Source: a virus (Duplodnaviria; Heunggongvirae; Uroviricota; Caudoviricetes). From it: DNA of 28,643 nt. Of the stretch, positions 1-10,011 are shown piece after piece; within the stretch, counting starts at the first letter, position 1; each line of letters begins with the position of its first letter. Both the position numbers and the translations under genes were made by a program. The notes under the pieces are model-generated. The model ran no database searches and was not told where the DNA came from. It saw only the letters and a list, made by a program, of their open reading frames with translations. Where the stretch lies: IMG/VR virus record IMGVR_UViG_3300021254_000030, one strand, 5' to 3'.

Positions 1-3000
1 TTTCATTTCCCAATATGAAATATTTCCTTCCGCGTATTTATTCCATTCCTCTTGAAAAAGTTTTAAATTTAATTGTTTTAAAACATCTTGCTGTTCAAAC
101 TGTAACCATTCCCGCACGCTATCCATTACTTTTTTATAAATTTTATCCCATACCTTTTGTTTTATCACAAAACAATTATTTATAATATCAATATTATCCA
201 TATCAAAATGGTCGGAATAAAAATTCATACTATATTGTTCAGGCATAACATAAGAATCTTTCCATTTTTTAGTTTTCAAATATTTATTAAAGAAATAAAC
301 TTTCTTTTCAAAATCTAAAGATTCTGGAATAAGATTATAATTAATTAATGTTGCCATATTTTGAAGATTTAAACGTGTCTTTGGATTACTTGTAATAGAC
401 AAATAATATATCATTGACCATAAACGAGAATTAATATTAATCTCTTCTGCATCTTTTGTTTCTAATTCATCAAAAGCACCAGCTTTAATTAAACTAATCA
501 TTACCGTTTTATTTAATTTACATCTATTTAAAAAATCTTTTAAAGATTTATACGGACGATTTTGTTTAATCTGGTCAACAACTGCGGCGCCCACTCCATT
601 TAATGCCTTCATACCAAAAAGAATTTGGTTATTTTCTACATCAGGTTTAAATCCATAATCAGATTTATTAATATCTATCAAACTAACATGAATACCTGCA
701 TTAATAATTTCACCTAATGCTTTTGCAACTTTTCCATAATCTGTTGCAACTTCTTTTTTCTTCACGGGGTTGCCATCTTCATCATATTCATTATCATCTT
801 CATCTTCCAAACTTCCACTATTTACAACAAGACATGCGGTATCCCAATAAATAGGATTCCAATGAGTAGCAATATAAGCTGTTTGAAAACCGATAAAACT
901 ATAAGCAAGAGCGTGGATAATTGAAAATGAATAACCCATCTGTGGACCAACACCATTTTCCCACACATATTTACCAAGTTTTTCAGAAGATGCTTTCTCT
1001 AGGATTTTTTGATGTAATTCTGGGATTTTACTCATTTGTTTCTTACCAACAATTTTTCTTGCGGCATTTGCTTCCGCCAAAGTAAAATCACAAATATTTT
1101 TATCCATAAGCATCAACATTAATTGTTCTTGTGAAGGGGGAACGCCATATGATGATTTAAAATAAGGTTCAAGGTAATCTCTTTCGTTAGGAGTTAATCC
1201 AAAATCATGCATTTCTTTGTACCAAAGATCAAGATTATTCTTAAAACGAATATATTTTTCCATTGGTGTCTCTGCACCTTTTTCCGCGGTCATTAATCTC
1301 ATAAGACCGTTTGCGTCCGTTAATTCAAGAATCGTTGTAGGCTTAATTTTTTTTGCAGCCTGACTTCCTACTTCACTATCAAACTGAAAAACATTTATTA
1401 CTGAACCATTCTGAATTGCATCCCATACATTTTTATCATCCATTGGTAAAACATTTGGATGAAAATATTTATCATATACAGGACGAAGATTAATTCCATT
1501 ATCTTCAATTACGCCATCTTCCTGTAAAAATCTAATTGCCTGTGTAAGTTTATCTTGTACTTCTGTAACTAGAAAATCATATTTAACGAGACCAGCTGCT
1601 TCACAATCATGCAAATCATATTGCGTAATAATCTCTCCTTTCGGAGTTTTCATAAAACAGCCAAATTCATATGGGTCTTCATCAAATAAAATAACACCAC
1701 TTGCATGGCTACTACGTTTATTTATAAGCCCTACAATACCAAAAATAATATCAAGAAGACCAGGATACATATTTACTTCATTAACAAAAGCATGTACAGG
1801 CTCTCTATCCTTATCTTTATTACCATTTATAACATCTTCAAGAGGCCATAGAAAGCCTCTTTCTGACGGAATCAATGATGCAATATACTGTGCTTCATCA
1901 TTATCAATTCCATCTGGATACTCTTCTGAACGATAGCCGCGGCAGGCTGTAAGGACTGCGGACTTGGTTTGTTCTGTACCATATGTAGCTACTAAAGTAC
2001 AACCTAGATTCTTTCGCGATAAATCATCTATATCAGGATTAAACCTACGGCCGCGCTCTTCTTTTATCTTCTTTACTATTGTCCCTTTTTTCGATGGACA
2101 TATATCAATATCAATATCACCTAATTCTGTTCTTTCATCATTCATATAACGAAAGAAAGGAAGATTCCATTCAATTGGATCAAGCTGAGTAATACCAAGA
2201 AGATAATGATTTAATGCGGCACATGATGAACCTCTTCCGGCACCGACAAGACTTCCGCACTCCCATATCATATCAATATAATATTTTAATGTAATAGGAT
2301 ATTTAAACATATTTGTTCCAAGTTTCTCTCCTATTACTCTTTTTACTCTTGCTTCTTCTTCTAATTCATCCCAATATTCTTTTTTATTTAAATGTTTTCT
2401 AATACATTTATTAGTACATTCATTCACCCAATAACGATCATATACATCATCACTATTAGACAAAAAAGAAAGATTAGGATAAATATCCTTATTCCATTCA
2501 ATTATACCTTTGGGATAATCTTTAACAGGCACACTTGGAATTGTTTGACTATGAAATAAATCATATATCTGAATCTTTTCAAACATTTCCATACTATTCT
2601 TACAAAATTCATCTATCAGTAAACCAACAGATGGTTCAAGATTTTTCCTTAAATCATCTTCGTCCTGAAGATATGCATATTCATAAAAAGCATCGGTTTC
2701 TCTTTCACCACCTTTAGAATTAAGATAAGCCTTATGAATATATCTATCTTCTTTTTTAAGATAATGAGCATCGTCACCGATTACAACTTTCTTTCCATAT
2801 AATTGTGCAATTTGCACCAATTTATTATTTGCAATAATTTGTTCTTTAGATGCTCCTGGCGCGACTTCAACGTAAAAATCGTCTCCAAAAACTTCATCAA
2901 CGAATTTCATAAAATCAATAATTTGATTATATTTAATCGTTGCAGTTTCTATATCTTCCATCTGACGGGCTCGTTCCATTTCAACGATACAACTTGAAAG

Positions 3001-3441
3001 TTCACCGCCAAGACATGCAGATGTTGCTAAAAGATGACCTGGATTCCGCGCGACTATTTCTTTCAATTCACTTTTGAGAGTAGGCACACGTTCCATACCT
3101 CTATCCCAATATGAATTCATCCAGGCACGAGACGAAAGCTGTCGTAACTGTTTATGCCCTTCTGCATCTTTCGCAATTAGGATAAAGTGATAATATTTAA
3201 TACCATTCTGGCGGACATCTGTAAGATATATTTCATTACCTATTGCAATTTTAAAATCAGGATTTTCCTTTTGAAGTTTACAAACACGAATAGATTGGGC
3301 TATCGTTTCATGGTCAGTAATTGCCAATCCAGCTAGTCCAATCTCTTTTCCTCGTTTAACAAGGTCTGGTAATTTATTTATACAATCAAGTAAACGAAAA
3401 TTTGACATTTCCGTATGACAATGTGGTACAAAACGTTGCAT
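1..3441 (-). CDS. dnaE: DNA polymerase III alpha subunit (family C), 3'-truncated by the window edge
   Basis: Missing from the ORF track because there is no stop in the window. Manual translation from ATG at 3441 gives MQRFVPHCHTEMS (PHP HxH), AITDHE, VGAGRGSS, catalytic DIDID, SSHASGV, KYDFL and GYSFSIIHALAYS. The frame is open to position 1, and no in-frame TAG was seen in the stretches read. RBS AGAGAGG lies upstream. Confidence 0.95.
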   Translation of the reverse strand, partial: MQRFVPHCHTEMSNFRLLDCINKLPDLVKRGKEIGLAGLAITDHETIAQSIRVCKLQKENPDFKIAIGNEIYLTDVRQNGIKYYHFILIAKDAEGHKQLRQLSSRAWMNSYWDRGMERVPTLKSELKEIVARNPGHLLATSACLGGELSSCIVEMERARQMEDIETATIKYNQIIDFMKFVDEVFGDDFYVEVAPGASKEQIIANNKLVQIAQLYGKKVVIGDDAHYLKKEDRYIHKAYLNSKGGERETDAFYEYAYLQDEDDLRKNLEPSVGLLIDEFCKNSMEMFEKIQIYDLFHSQTIPSVPVKDYPKGIIEWNKDIYPNLSFLSNSDDVYDRYWVNECTNKCIRKHLNKKEYWDELEEEARVKRVIGEKLGTNMFKYPITLKYYIDMIWECGSLVGAGRGSSCAALNHYLLGITQLDPIEWNLPFFRYMNDERTELGDIDIDICPSKKGTIVKKIKEERGRRFNPDIDDLSRKNLGCTLVATYGTEQTKSAVLTACRGYRSEEYPDGIDNDEAQYIASLIPSERGFLWPLEDVINGNKDKDREPVHAFVNEVNMYPGLLDIIFGIVGLINKRSSHASGVILFDEDPYEFGCFMKTPKGEIITQYDLHDCEAAGLVKYDFLVTEVQDKLTQAIRFLQEDGVIEDNGINLRPVYDKYFHPNVLPMDDKNVWDAIQNGSVINVFQFDSEVGSQAAKKIKPTTILELTDANGLMRLMTAEKGAETPMEKYIRFKNNLDLWYKEMHDFGLTPNERDYLEPYFKSSYGVPPSQEQLMLMLMDKNICDFTLAEANAARKIVGKKQMSKIPELHQKILEKASSEKLGKYVWENGVGPQMGYSFSIIHALAYSFIGFQTAYIATHWNPIYWDTACLVVNSGSLEDEDDNEYDEDGNPVKKKEVATDYGKVAKALGEIINAGIHVSLIDINKSDYGFKPDVENNQILFGMKALNGVGAAVVDQIKQNRPYKSLKDFLNRCKLNKTVMISLIKAGAFDELETKDAEEININSRLWSMIYYLSITSNPKTRLNLQNMATLINYNLIPESLDFEKKVYFFNKYLKTKKWKDSYVMPEQYSMNFYSDHFDMDNIDIINNCFVIKQKVWDKIYKKVMDSVREWLQFEQQDVLKQLNLKLFQEEWNKYAEGNISYWEMK

Positions 3442-3473
3442 CTATTAAACCTCTCTTTATTTTCGTTACTATA

Positions 3474-3502
3474 ATTATATCATAATTTTATTTTCTTGTC
3501 AA
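3474..3502 (-). promoter_or_regulatory. sigma70/sigmaA-type promoter for dnaE
   Basis: Minus strand TTGACA-17 nt-TATAAT with extended TG. Confidence 0.85.
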
Positions 3503-3679
3503 AAGACTTGTTTTTTCCTTAAAGGCTTTACAATTAACTACAAAGAAAATGACAGTAGGGCAGAGTTCGCTATTAATTTTATTTTCTACTTTTGATACAA
3601 TCTCTGGCGTTGCCACTTCTCTATATTTACACACATTTTCTTTCGTACAATTATTACAATCAAAATTTTTAACTAACAT
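3488..3679 (-). CDS. small Cys-rich hypothetical protein
   Basis: 63 aa ORF, CNNC..C motif, RBS-like AAGGGAG upstream, TAA stop. Confidence 0.65.
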   Translation of the reverse strand: MLVKNFDCNNCTKENVCKYREVATPEIVSKVENKINSELCPTVIFFVVNCKAFKEKTSLLTRK

Positions 3680-3697
3680 ATTTCTTCCCTTCTGTTA

Positions 3698-4078
3698 TTA
3701 ATAAAACAATTGTTCTATATCTATTTCTTCTCTTGCTAAAGATGTTTCTTTTAAAAAAGTTGTTTCTAAAGGATATTCTATATAGTCTTGAGCAAGATAC
3801 CGTGTAAAAACAAAACCATTTTTAATTAGTTGTTTAGCATCTTCTAAACTATACCAATGTAATAAATCTTCTTTATTACTACATGAACTAAACCAATTTT
3901 TATTATCTTTATGATAACGTTCATCATAATCCATTGGTAAAGATTTAGTTTGACAATTTTCTATTGCCCCGATACCCCATACTAATTCATTATTTGCATT
4001 ATACCACAATCCATTGTCTGGTGTTTTACTTTCTAATCTATATAACCATTTCATATTAGATATTTTAACTCCTTGCAT
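3698..4078 (-). CDS. hypothetical protein (possible ADP-ribosyltransferase-like fold)
   Basis: 126 aa ORF, co-oriented and tightly packed. The YR..., FSSCS and PLE motifs only suggest the function. Confidence 0.7.
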   Translation of the reverse strand: MQGVKISNMKWLYRLESKTPDNGLWYNANNELVWGIGAIENCQTKSLPMDYDERYHKDNKNWFSSCSNKEDLLHWYSLEDAKQLIKNGFVFTRYLAQDYIEYPLETTFLKETSLAREEIDIEQLFY

Positions 4079-4096
4079 CTTATATAAATATTTTCA

Positions 4097-4477
4097 TTAA
4101 TAATTTCTTGGATAATAATACATTGGTAATGATGCCGATAGTATTTGGTTAAAATATATTTTTTGTTTGCACTCATTTAATTTTTCTTGTAGAATTTTAA
4201 ATTCCATATCATGTAATCTTAAATCTGCAAGTATTTTTGCTTGTATTTCAGGAGAAGGCTCTTCATCTGCTTTATAATATCTTCGCATAATTTCATTTTC
4301 TTTAGATAATTGTTCCATATCAATAATTTGAGTATTTAATTTATCATTAGTATCTTTTAATTTTCTATTTTCTTCCTTTAATTTATTAATTGTTTCTTGT
4401 AGTTCATTGCAAGTTTTTTCTAAAGATTTTAAATTTCTTTCTAAGTCTTGAATTTTATTTTTATATTTATTAAACAT
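4097..4477 (-). CDS. coiled-coil hypothetical protein
   Basis: 126 aa, Leu heptads, K/E-rich. Confidence 0.75.
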   Translation of the reverse strand: MFNKYKNKIQDLERNLKSLEKTCNELQETINKLKEENRKLKDTNDKLNTQIIDMEQLSKENEIMRRYYKADEEPSPEIQAKILADLRLHDMEFKILQEKLNECKQKIYFNQILSASLPMYYYPRNY

Positions 4478-4482
4478 ATTAT

Positions 4483-4710
4483 TTATTCTTCATCTTTCGT
4501 TATATGAACTAATTTTGGTTGTTGACCAGCTAATAAACTTGCCCAAATTAAACCGTGCTCCATTGCTTGAAAGCATAATTCAGACTTTTCAATGTCATTG
4601 GCGAACGTAGTCGCTTCAAAAGCCTTATTAATTTCATCGGACTGAATATAATCTAAAATAAATTTCTGAAAATCTTCTAAATTAATATATACATTAGCTG
4701 TTTTATTCAT
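4483..4710 (-). CDS. hypothetical protein
   Basis: 75 aa ORF with GAGG RBS, abutting the helicase gene. Confidence 0.7.
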   Translation of the reverse strand: MNKTANVYINLEDFQKFILDYIQSDEINKAFEATTFANDIEKSELCFQAMEHGLIWASLLAGQQPKLVHITKDEE

Positions 4711-4712
4711 TT

Positions 4713-5888
4713 TTACCTCACCAATACTAATTTATTGCTAGCTCGTGTAATTGCTGTATATAACCATCTTGCATGCTCTTCTCTGTCAAAAGGAAAAGAT
4801 TCTTCTAGCACACAAACATTATCCCATTCACTACCTTGGCTTTTATGGACCGTAATAGCGTATCCGTAAGTAAACTCCATCGGTACAAGATTAGCTGTTC
4901 TCCAGTTAGAACTAAGTTTATAAATTTTTTTATAATCTAAGCATCTTTCTCCTGTAAGAATTTGTTTTTCATCCATAGCAAGAGGACCAAAATCTGCGTT
5001 ACTATCGGAGACAAAATCTGCATTTAAAACCTTTATAGTATCTCCGCCAGCCCAATAAGGTGTTCTATTATAAGTTTCATATACGTTATTAATATAACCA
5101 ATCGTTCCATTTACGAGAGGGTCATCATTTGTTGCAAAATTATCCCAATAATTTCTTAAACAAATAACCTTATCTCCATTCTCAGGTTTATTTCCTCGTC
5201 CTAAAAGATCCCTCATTTGATTGTTAATAGATATACGTGTGGCATTAGTACCTACTAATATCTGGTCTGCCCATTTAAGTACACCAGTATTTAAATCAGC
5301 CTTTGGCATAACAATAGCATCAGAACCAATTGAATAAGGAATAGGGTCTTTATGGCGGACTTGCATAGATAATCTAATAATTTCTGAATCTAAAGCCTGC
5401 CGCATAATCTCATCAAGAAAAATATCCGGATTATTTAATAATCCATTGTCTTGATTTTTGTCAACTGGCGGAAGCTGGAACGGGTCTCCTAAAGCAATAA
5501 TGAATACATTATGAGAAAAAAGCAATTCCATTAAAGTTTTAGGAGCCATTGAAACTTCATCTACAATAACAACTTTATAATCTATAAAAGGTTTTGGCTT
5601 GCGAAAGAAGGTTCCATCGGGTTTGGGGATACTCTCATAAAGAAGTTTATGTAGAGTCATCACATTTTTATTACCCTTTTTAAGAAGGACCTGCGCCGCT
5701 TTACCAGTATAGCAAGCATATACGACATCTACTTCAGGGTCAATACCAGGAAGATTCTGAACAATAAATTTTACTAATGTAGATTTACCAGCGCCCGCAT
5801 AGCCAGAAATAACACAGTGCTTTTCACCGTTACAATATTTTTCGATACATGTTTTTAATCCTTGTTCTTGTTTCGTTGTTAATATCAT
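4713..5888 (-). CDS. SF1B ATP-dependent helicase, RecD/Dda-like
   Basis: Walker A GYAGAGKS, Walker B IVDEVSM, GDPFQLPPV, YAITVHKSQGSEW, LYTAITRA. Confidence 0.9.
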   Translation of the reverse strand: MILTTKQEQGLKTCIEKYCNGEKHCVISGYAGAGKSTLVKFIVQNLPGIDPEVDVVYACYTGKAAQVLLKKGNKNVMTLHKLLYESIPKPDGTFFRKPKPFIDYKVVIVDEVSMAPKTLMELLFSHNVFIIALGDPFQLPPVDKNQDNGLLNNPDIFLDEIMRQALDSEIIRLSMQVRHKDPIPYSIGSDAIVMPKADLNTGVLKWADQILVGTNATRISINNQMRDLLGRGNKPENGDKVICLRNYWDNFATNDDPLVNGTIGYINNVYETYNRTPYWAGGDTIKVLNADFVSDSNADFGPLAMDEKQILTGERCLDYKKIYKLSSNWRTANLVPMEFTYGYAITVHKSQGSEWDNVCVLEESFPFDREEHARWLYTAITRASNKLVLVR

Positions 5889-6154
5889 TATGTATGTTCT
5901 CCTATCGTTTCATCTAAAATTTCACAAAAACGTATTATATCTCTTCGGGCACTATCATAATATTTAGATCTTTCAACTTTATGATCTCTTTGCCATTCTA
6001 ATTCAGCCATAGCTTCTCTAGCCCTGATATATCTATATACTAAAGAATCATACTGATAACCTTTTAAATTTTTTTCATCTTCTTTTGTAAAAAGTTTAAA
6101 AATAGTATCGCCAATTTTTACTTCTTTAACACCATTATCTACAAATTCTGCCAT
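5888..6154 (-). CDS. hypothetical protein
   Basis: 88 aa ORF with AAGGAG RBS downstream of a promoter; 1-nt stop/start overlap with the helicase. Confidence 0.75.
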   Translation of the reverse strand: MAEFVDNGVKEVKIGDTIFKLFTKEDEKNLKGYQYDSLVYRYIRAREAMAELEWQRDHKVERSKYYDSARRDIIRFCEILDETIGEHT

Positions 6155-6184
6155 TTTATTTTCTCCTTTTCATTTTATATTATA

Positions 6185-6213
6185 ATTATATCATAAAAAA
6201 ATAAAAAATGCAA
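6185..6213 (-). promoter_or_regulatory. sigmaA-type promoter
   Basis: Minus strand TTGCAT-17-TATAAT with extended TG. Confidence 0.75.
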
Positions 6214-6220
6214 AATCGAA

Positions 6221-6262
6221 ATAAAAAAGGCCAAGACCTAATTTTAAATCAGAATCTTGACC
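6221..6262 (-). terminator. intrinsic terminator after recJ
   Basis: Minus strand stem GGTCAAGA/TCTTGGCC followed by TTTTTT. Confidence 0.6.
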
Positions 6263-6280
6263 CAGTGCGCGCCGTGCAGA

Positions 6281-8041
6281 TTAAAACACAAAATCGCCTC
6301 GGTCTACGATGTCATAGTCCTATATAAAAATTTGTGGAGATACATTTCCCATCCATTCGTTTTGATGCGCTCTTCCAATAATATTTAATTCATAATAACC
6401 GTTAGTATTTTGTAGCATATAACATTCTTCATCTGTTGCTTTAAATTTAATTAAAGAGATTCCTTGCGGGGTAGTTATTTTTAAAGTATTATTCTTTTTA
6501 TTATAAACTGTTACCATATCAGAAGTAACTTTTAAATGTTCTACACAAATAAAAGGTTCGTCAATATCTTTGCCCCATAAATCTTCCATATTAGCAATAG
6601 TAAGAATATCATCAGATTTAATAGCATTTCCTTGATAAATATAATCTACGTAATACATTGCTTCATTAGGCATATCTTTAAGTAATTCATCTGTTTTTTC
6701 TATAAAGGCGGGAATGTTTTCCTGTAATATACCTAGACCAAATGCTCCAGGATGCCCAGTTTCAAACATCGTTAAATCTGTTTCTGCGCATATACTTTTA
6801 AAATCATTTATTCCTACTTTATCACATCCCCTTGCAGAACCTTGATAAGATATATTTCCATTATCTATCACTTTTGTTAATAAACATGTTGGACGTTGAT
6901 ATTTAGCCATTATTTTATTAGCAATTAAACCGGCAATATTTTTATCTACTTGCCCTGGTTCAAGCAAGAATAGTAATACTTTATGATCTAAAAGATGTTG
7001 TTCTTCAATCATCTTTTCTATTGTTTGTAATCCTGCATCTTGAGCCTTTGTCTGTCTATTCTTTACATTAGTAACAATTCTCATAACTTGTTCAACAAGT
7101 TGTTCCATTTCACCTACAGTATGTCCTCTTTTAGTAGAAGGTAACATTTTAAATGCTTTAAATTTTAGCATAGATTCAAATGTTAAAGTTTTCTCTTCTA
7201 TCGTTCCACTTCTACAAATAGCATTAATGTATGGTGCTATATAAAAAGCAACACTCATATGATTAACTTTATTGTTCATAGAATAAGCATTTTTTTCCGA
7301 TAGGTTCACAAAAAAGGGATTTTTAAGATTTTGAAAACCTTTATTTTCAAGATGCTTTGTTTCAATAGAAGTCATAGACATCATATCGGCGCAATTCCCC
7401 AATGCCATTAAATCAAGATAATTATTAGCGTTATCTTTTTTAAGTAAAGAATCTAAATAACGGCAAAATTGCCAAACAACTCCCGCACCACTAAAATCTT
7501 TATTAGGATAATCAGATAATTGATTATTTATAACAATAGCATCAAGATTAACTATATCACATAAGTGGTGATCTAAAACGATAGTATTAATATTATTTTC
7601 TTTAAGTTTTGTACATTCTTCTGCATCATTACTTCCTGCATCGGGGATTATTACAAGAGAATATTTCTAAGATTTTATAATCCAATCTATATGATCGTTT
7701 AAGCCATGTTGTTTACCGTCGTGGACACGATAATCTAAATTAGTTTCTACCCATGTGGGAAACAAATCGTGTAGATAATTAATTAAAATTGCAGAACTGG
7801 TAAAACCATCAGCATCGCTATCTATGATAACTAAGCAATTTTCTTTATTGGTAATAGTTTTAATTAAATATGCGGCTGCCGCCTTTAATTTTTCTTCGTC
7901 TAATTCCATAAAAGAATTTATATCATCATCTGTTGTATTAAGATAATGATATATATTATCTTTTGGAATCCCTCTATTAGTTAAGATTTGTTCTATTGTT
8001 GAATAATTCTAATTAATAGGATTAATTAATTGATATTTCAT
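6281..8041 (-). CDS. recJ: ssDNA-specific exonuclease RecJ (DHH family), 586 aa with 3 in-frame TAG
   Basis: Joins track ORFs 7667..7909 and 6320..7408 in one frame: IDSDADG, IIPDAGSND, VLDHH, FSGAGV, GSARG, GHPGAFG. TAG at codons 11, 125 and 574; TAA at 6281-6283. Confidence 0.9.
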
Positions 8042-8082
8042 ATTTTATTTTACCTTTCTTTTCATTAACTTTCTCTTTAAAT

Positions 8083-8111
8083 ATATTAACAAAAAAAAAT
8101 TGAGTTGTCAA
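8083..8111 (-). promoter_or_regulatory. promoter for recJ overlapping the primase terminator
   Basis: Minus strand TTGACA-17-TAATAT with TG. Confidence 0.6.
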
Positions 8112-8129
8112 ATTTGCTTGACAACTCAA
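8091..8129 (-). terminator. intrinsic terminator after primase
   Basis: Perfect 12-bp inverted repeat TTGAGTTGTCAA/TTGACAACTCAA followed by 9 T on the minus strand. Confidence 0.75.
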
Positions 8130-9277
8130 ATAATAATTCTATCTTTAAATAAATCCATAAAGACATTAGGTCCTTTGTCGATGGGGCTATCTTTAAAATC
8201 TAAAAGGTGTTCTTTGTCCCATAAAAAACTTATTTGTACTTTTGAACCATATTTCTTATTAATATCAATTAATTTTTTAGTCCACTTTTTCCAATTATCA
8301 TCACCAGTCTCTTCATACTGTCGATCAAAACCAATAATAATTTCTTGAACTCCAAGAGATAGAAGCATATCAATCTGATAATTAATTAAATTACTTCCGC
8401 AGGCGGCAACTGTAATATCATTCTCGATACCGAAGTAACTTTCATATAGAAGCGGGCTTTTTTCACCTTCAAAAATAATAACCTTTTTTATTTTACGGAT
8501 GTTATCTTTACTAACGTTAAGATTATATAAATTAAATCCTAATGGGTGATTATACATTTTTCCATGAATTATGGCGGGAATATATTTTCCTTTATCTTCT
8601 TTTTCTTTTAAAAGTGTCCGCTCCCTTATTCCAATCAATTCTCCATCTATATTATAATGAGGTATTATAATACCTTGAGTAATAGGATCGTAACGTATAT
8701 TATGATATTCAATTACCTCTTGTGTAATGCCTTCTTTCATCCAAGGTAATATAATAGGCTGTGGAAAATTTTTTAAAAAATCACATTGGAAAGTATTCAG
8801 AGAGACAATTTGATTGCTTGATTTTTTATGTTTTTTTGCTTCTAATTTGGAAAAAATTTGCCAATCTTGAAGTTCTGAATGTGTTTCTGAAAATATTTCA
8901 TTAGGCGGCTCAATATTAAAAAAAACTGCAACATAGTGTACTGCATCAGGTAAATCCCATGGGCGAGAAACCTTTTTACCTTCTTTAGACCAATAGACAA
9001 TTTGCTCATGGGCAGTTTCTTTTATTTTTAATGTTAATTCAAATATATCAAATGTATCATTACATTGAGTAAAACATTTAAACAATTTTGTGTTATCGTA
9101 ATAATATAATTTAAAAGAACCTTGACCGGGCGGATTATGACAAATTGTACGCGATACAATTACATCGTGATGAATCTGTGGTTCTCCGCCCATATCGGTA
9201 AGAAATTCATATACCTGGTCAATCGTCAAATTGTTCTTTATATCTTCGAGATATTTCTTTCTTTCTATTTCGTTCAT
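8126..9277 (-). CDS. dnaG: DNA primase (DnaG-like, Zn-binding + TOPRIM)
   Basis: TICHN..FKC Zn module, GIRER, TOPRIM IIFEGEKS and IGFDRQ, KDSPID. The start is uncertain. Confidence 0.8.
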   Translation of the reverse strand: MNEIERKKYLEDIKNNLTIDQVYEFLTDMGGEPQIHHDVIVSRTICHNPPGQGSFKLYYYDNTKLFKCFTQCNDTFDIFELTLKIKETAHEQIVYWSKEGKKVSRPWDLPDAVHYVAVFFNIEPPNEIFSETHSELQDWQIFSKLEAKKHKKSSNQIVSLNTFQCDFLKNFPQPIILPWMKEGITQEVIEYHNIRYDPITQGIIIPHYNIDGELIGIRERTLLKEKEDKGKYIPAIIHGKMYNHPLGFNLYNLNVSKDNIRKIKKVIIFEGEKSPLLYESYFGIENDITVAACGSNLINYQIDMLLSLGVQEIIIGFDRQYEETGDDNWKKWTKKLIDINKKYGSKVQISFLWDKEHLLDFKDSPIDKGPNVFMDLFKDRIII

Positions 9278-9413
9278 TTTCTTTTGCTTGAACTTGTTTT
9301 AATTCTTTACAACCACTACAATTATTTCTATTTCTACACCACCAACAATTATCATTATCCCACCAATACCAGTGAGGAGGGGATGGTCTAGGTTTACGAA
9401 ACTTCTTTTTCAT
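9219..9413 (-). CDS. small basic Cys/Trp-rich hypothetical protein
   Basis: 64 aa, CWWC..CSGC, ATGA overlap with the upstream gene; overlaps the primase start by 59 nt. Confidence 0.55.
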   Translation of the reverse strand: MKKKFRKPRPSPPHWYWWDNDNCWWCRNRNNCSGCKELKQVQAKENERNRKKEISRRYKEQFDD

Positions 9414-9793
9414 CGTATTAGTAAAATTCCTGTAATAATTACTTGTCCAATATGAGTTAATTGGTCAATTATTAAATTAATTTTTAATTCATTTGCCTTT
9501 AAATCATCTATTATTATATGTATTCCCCAATTAAAAGCAAATAAAGCTATAATCAATTTTTCGTTTAATTGGATTCCAAAAAAGTGAGCAATAAATAAAG
9601 GCAAAAAAATCATAAAAGTCCAACTAAAAGCATGCTCACATAAAGCCATTATATAATCATATTTATATAATGACTTAAAGTTTTGTTTTTCCCACCATGA
9701 TTTTTGTTTCATAGATGCTAAAATGCCTTGTAAATAATAATCGTCTACAATATGACAAAATAACATACATAAAATTATAAAAAATTTAATCAT
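9410..9793 (-). CDS. DUF3307-like membrane protein (putative metal-binding)
   Basis: Hydrophobic helices with HIVDDYYLQ, HIIIDDLK and DQLTH motifs. Confidence 0.7.
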   Translation of the reverse strand: MIKFFIILCMLFCHIVDDYYLQGILASMKQKSWWEKQNFKSLYKYDYIMALCEHAFSWTFMIFLPLFIAHFFGIQLNEKLIIALFAFNWGIHIIIDDLKANELKINLIIDQLTHIGQVIITGILLIR

Positions 9794-10011
9794 ATATTTA
9801 AAAGTTCCTTTCTAAAATAAATAAAAAGCAATAACTAAATTCTATTTATTTTAGCAAAATTTTTAAAAACATAATTAATAATATATTTTTTCTCTCCGTT
9901 GTTTAACAGTGAAGAAATCTATTTAAAATCTGTAAAAATGTCTTTAAAAGATCGTAAAGTTCCCTATGAATTAAAAACAAAAACGCCTAATGGATTTAGC
10001 CAACTTATCAT
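9790..10011 (-). CDS. hypothetical 73-aa protein hidden by 3 in-frame TAG
   Basis: MISWLNPLGVFVFNSXGTLRSFKDIFTDFKXISSLL... The ATG directly follows the dnaB TAA and the TGA overlaps the next ATG (ATGA), so it fills the gap exactly. Confidence 0.65.
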
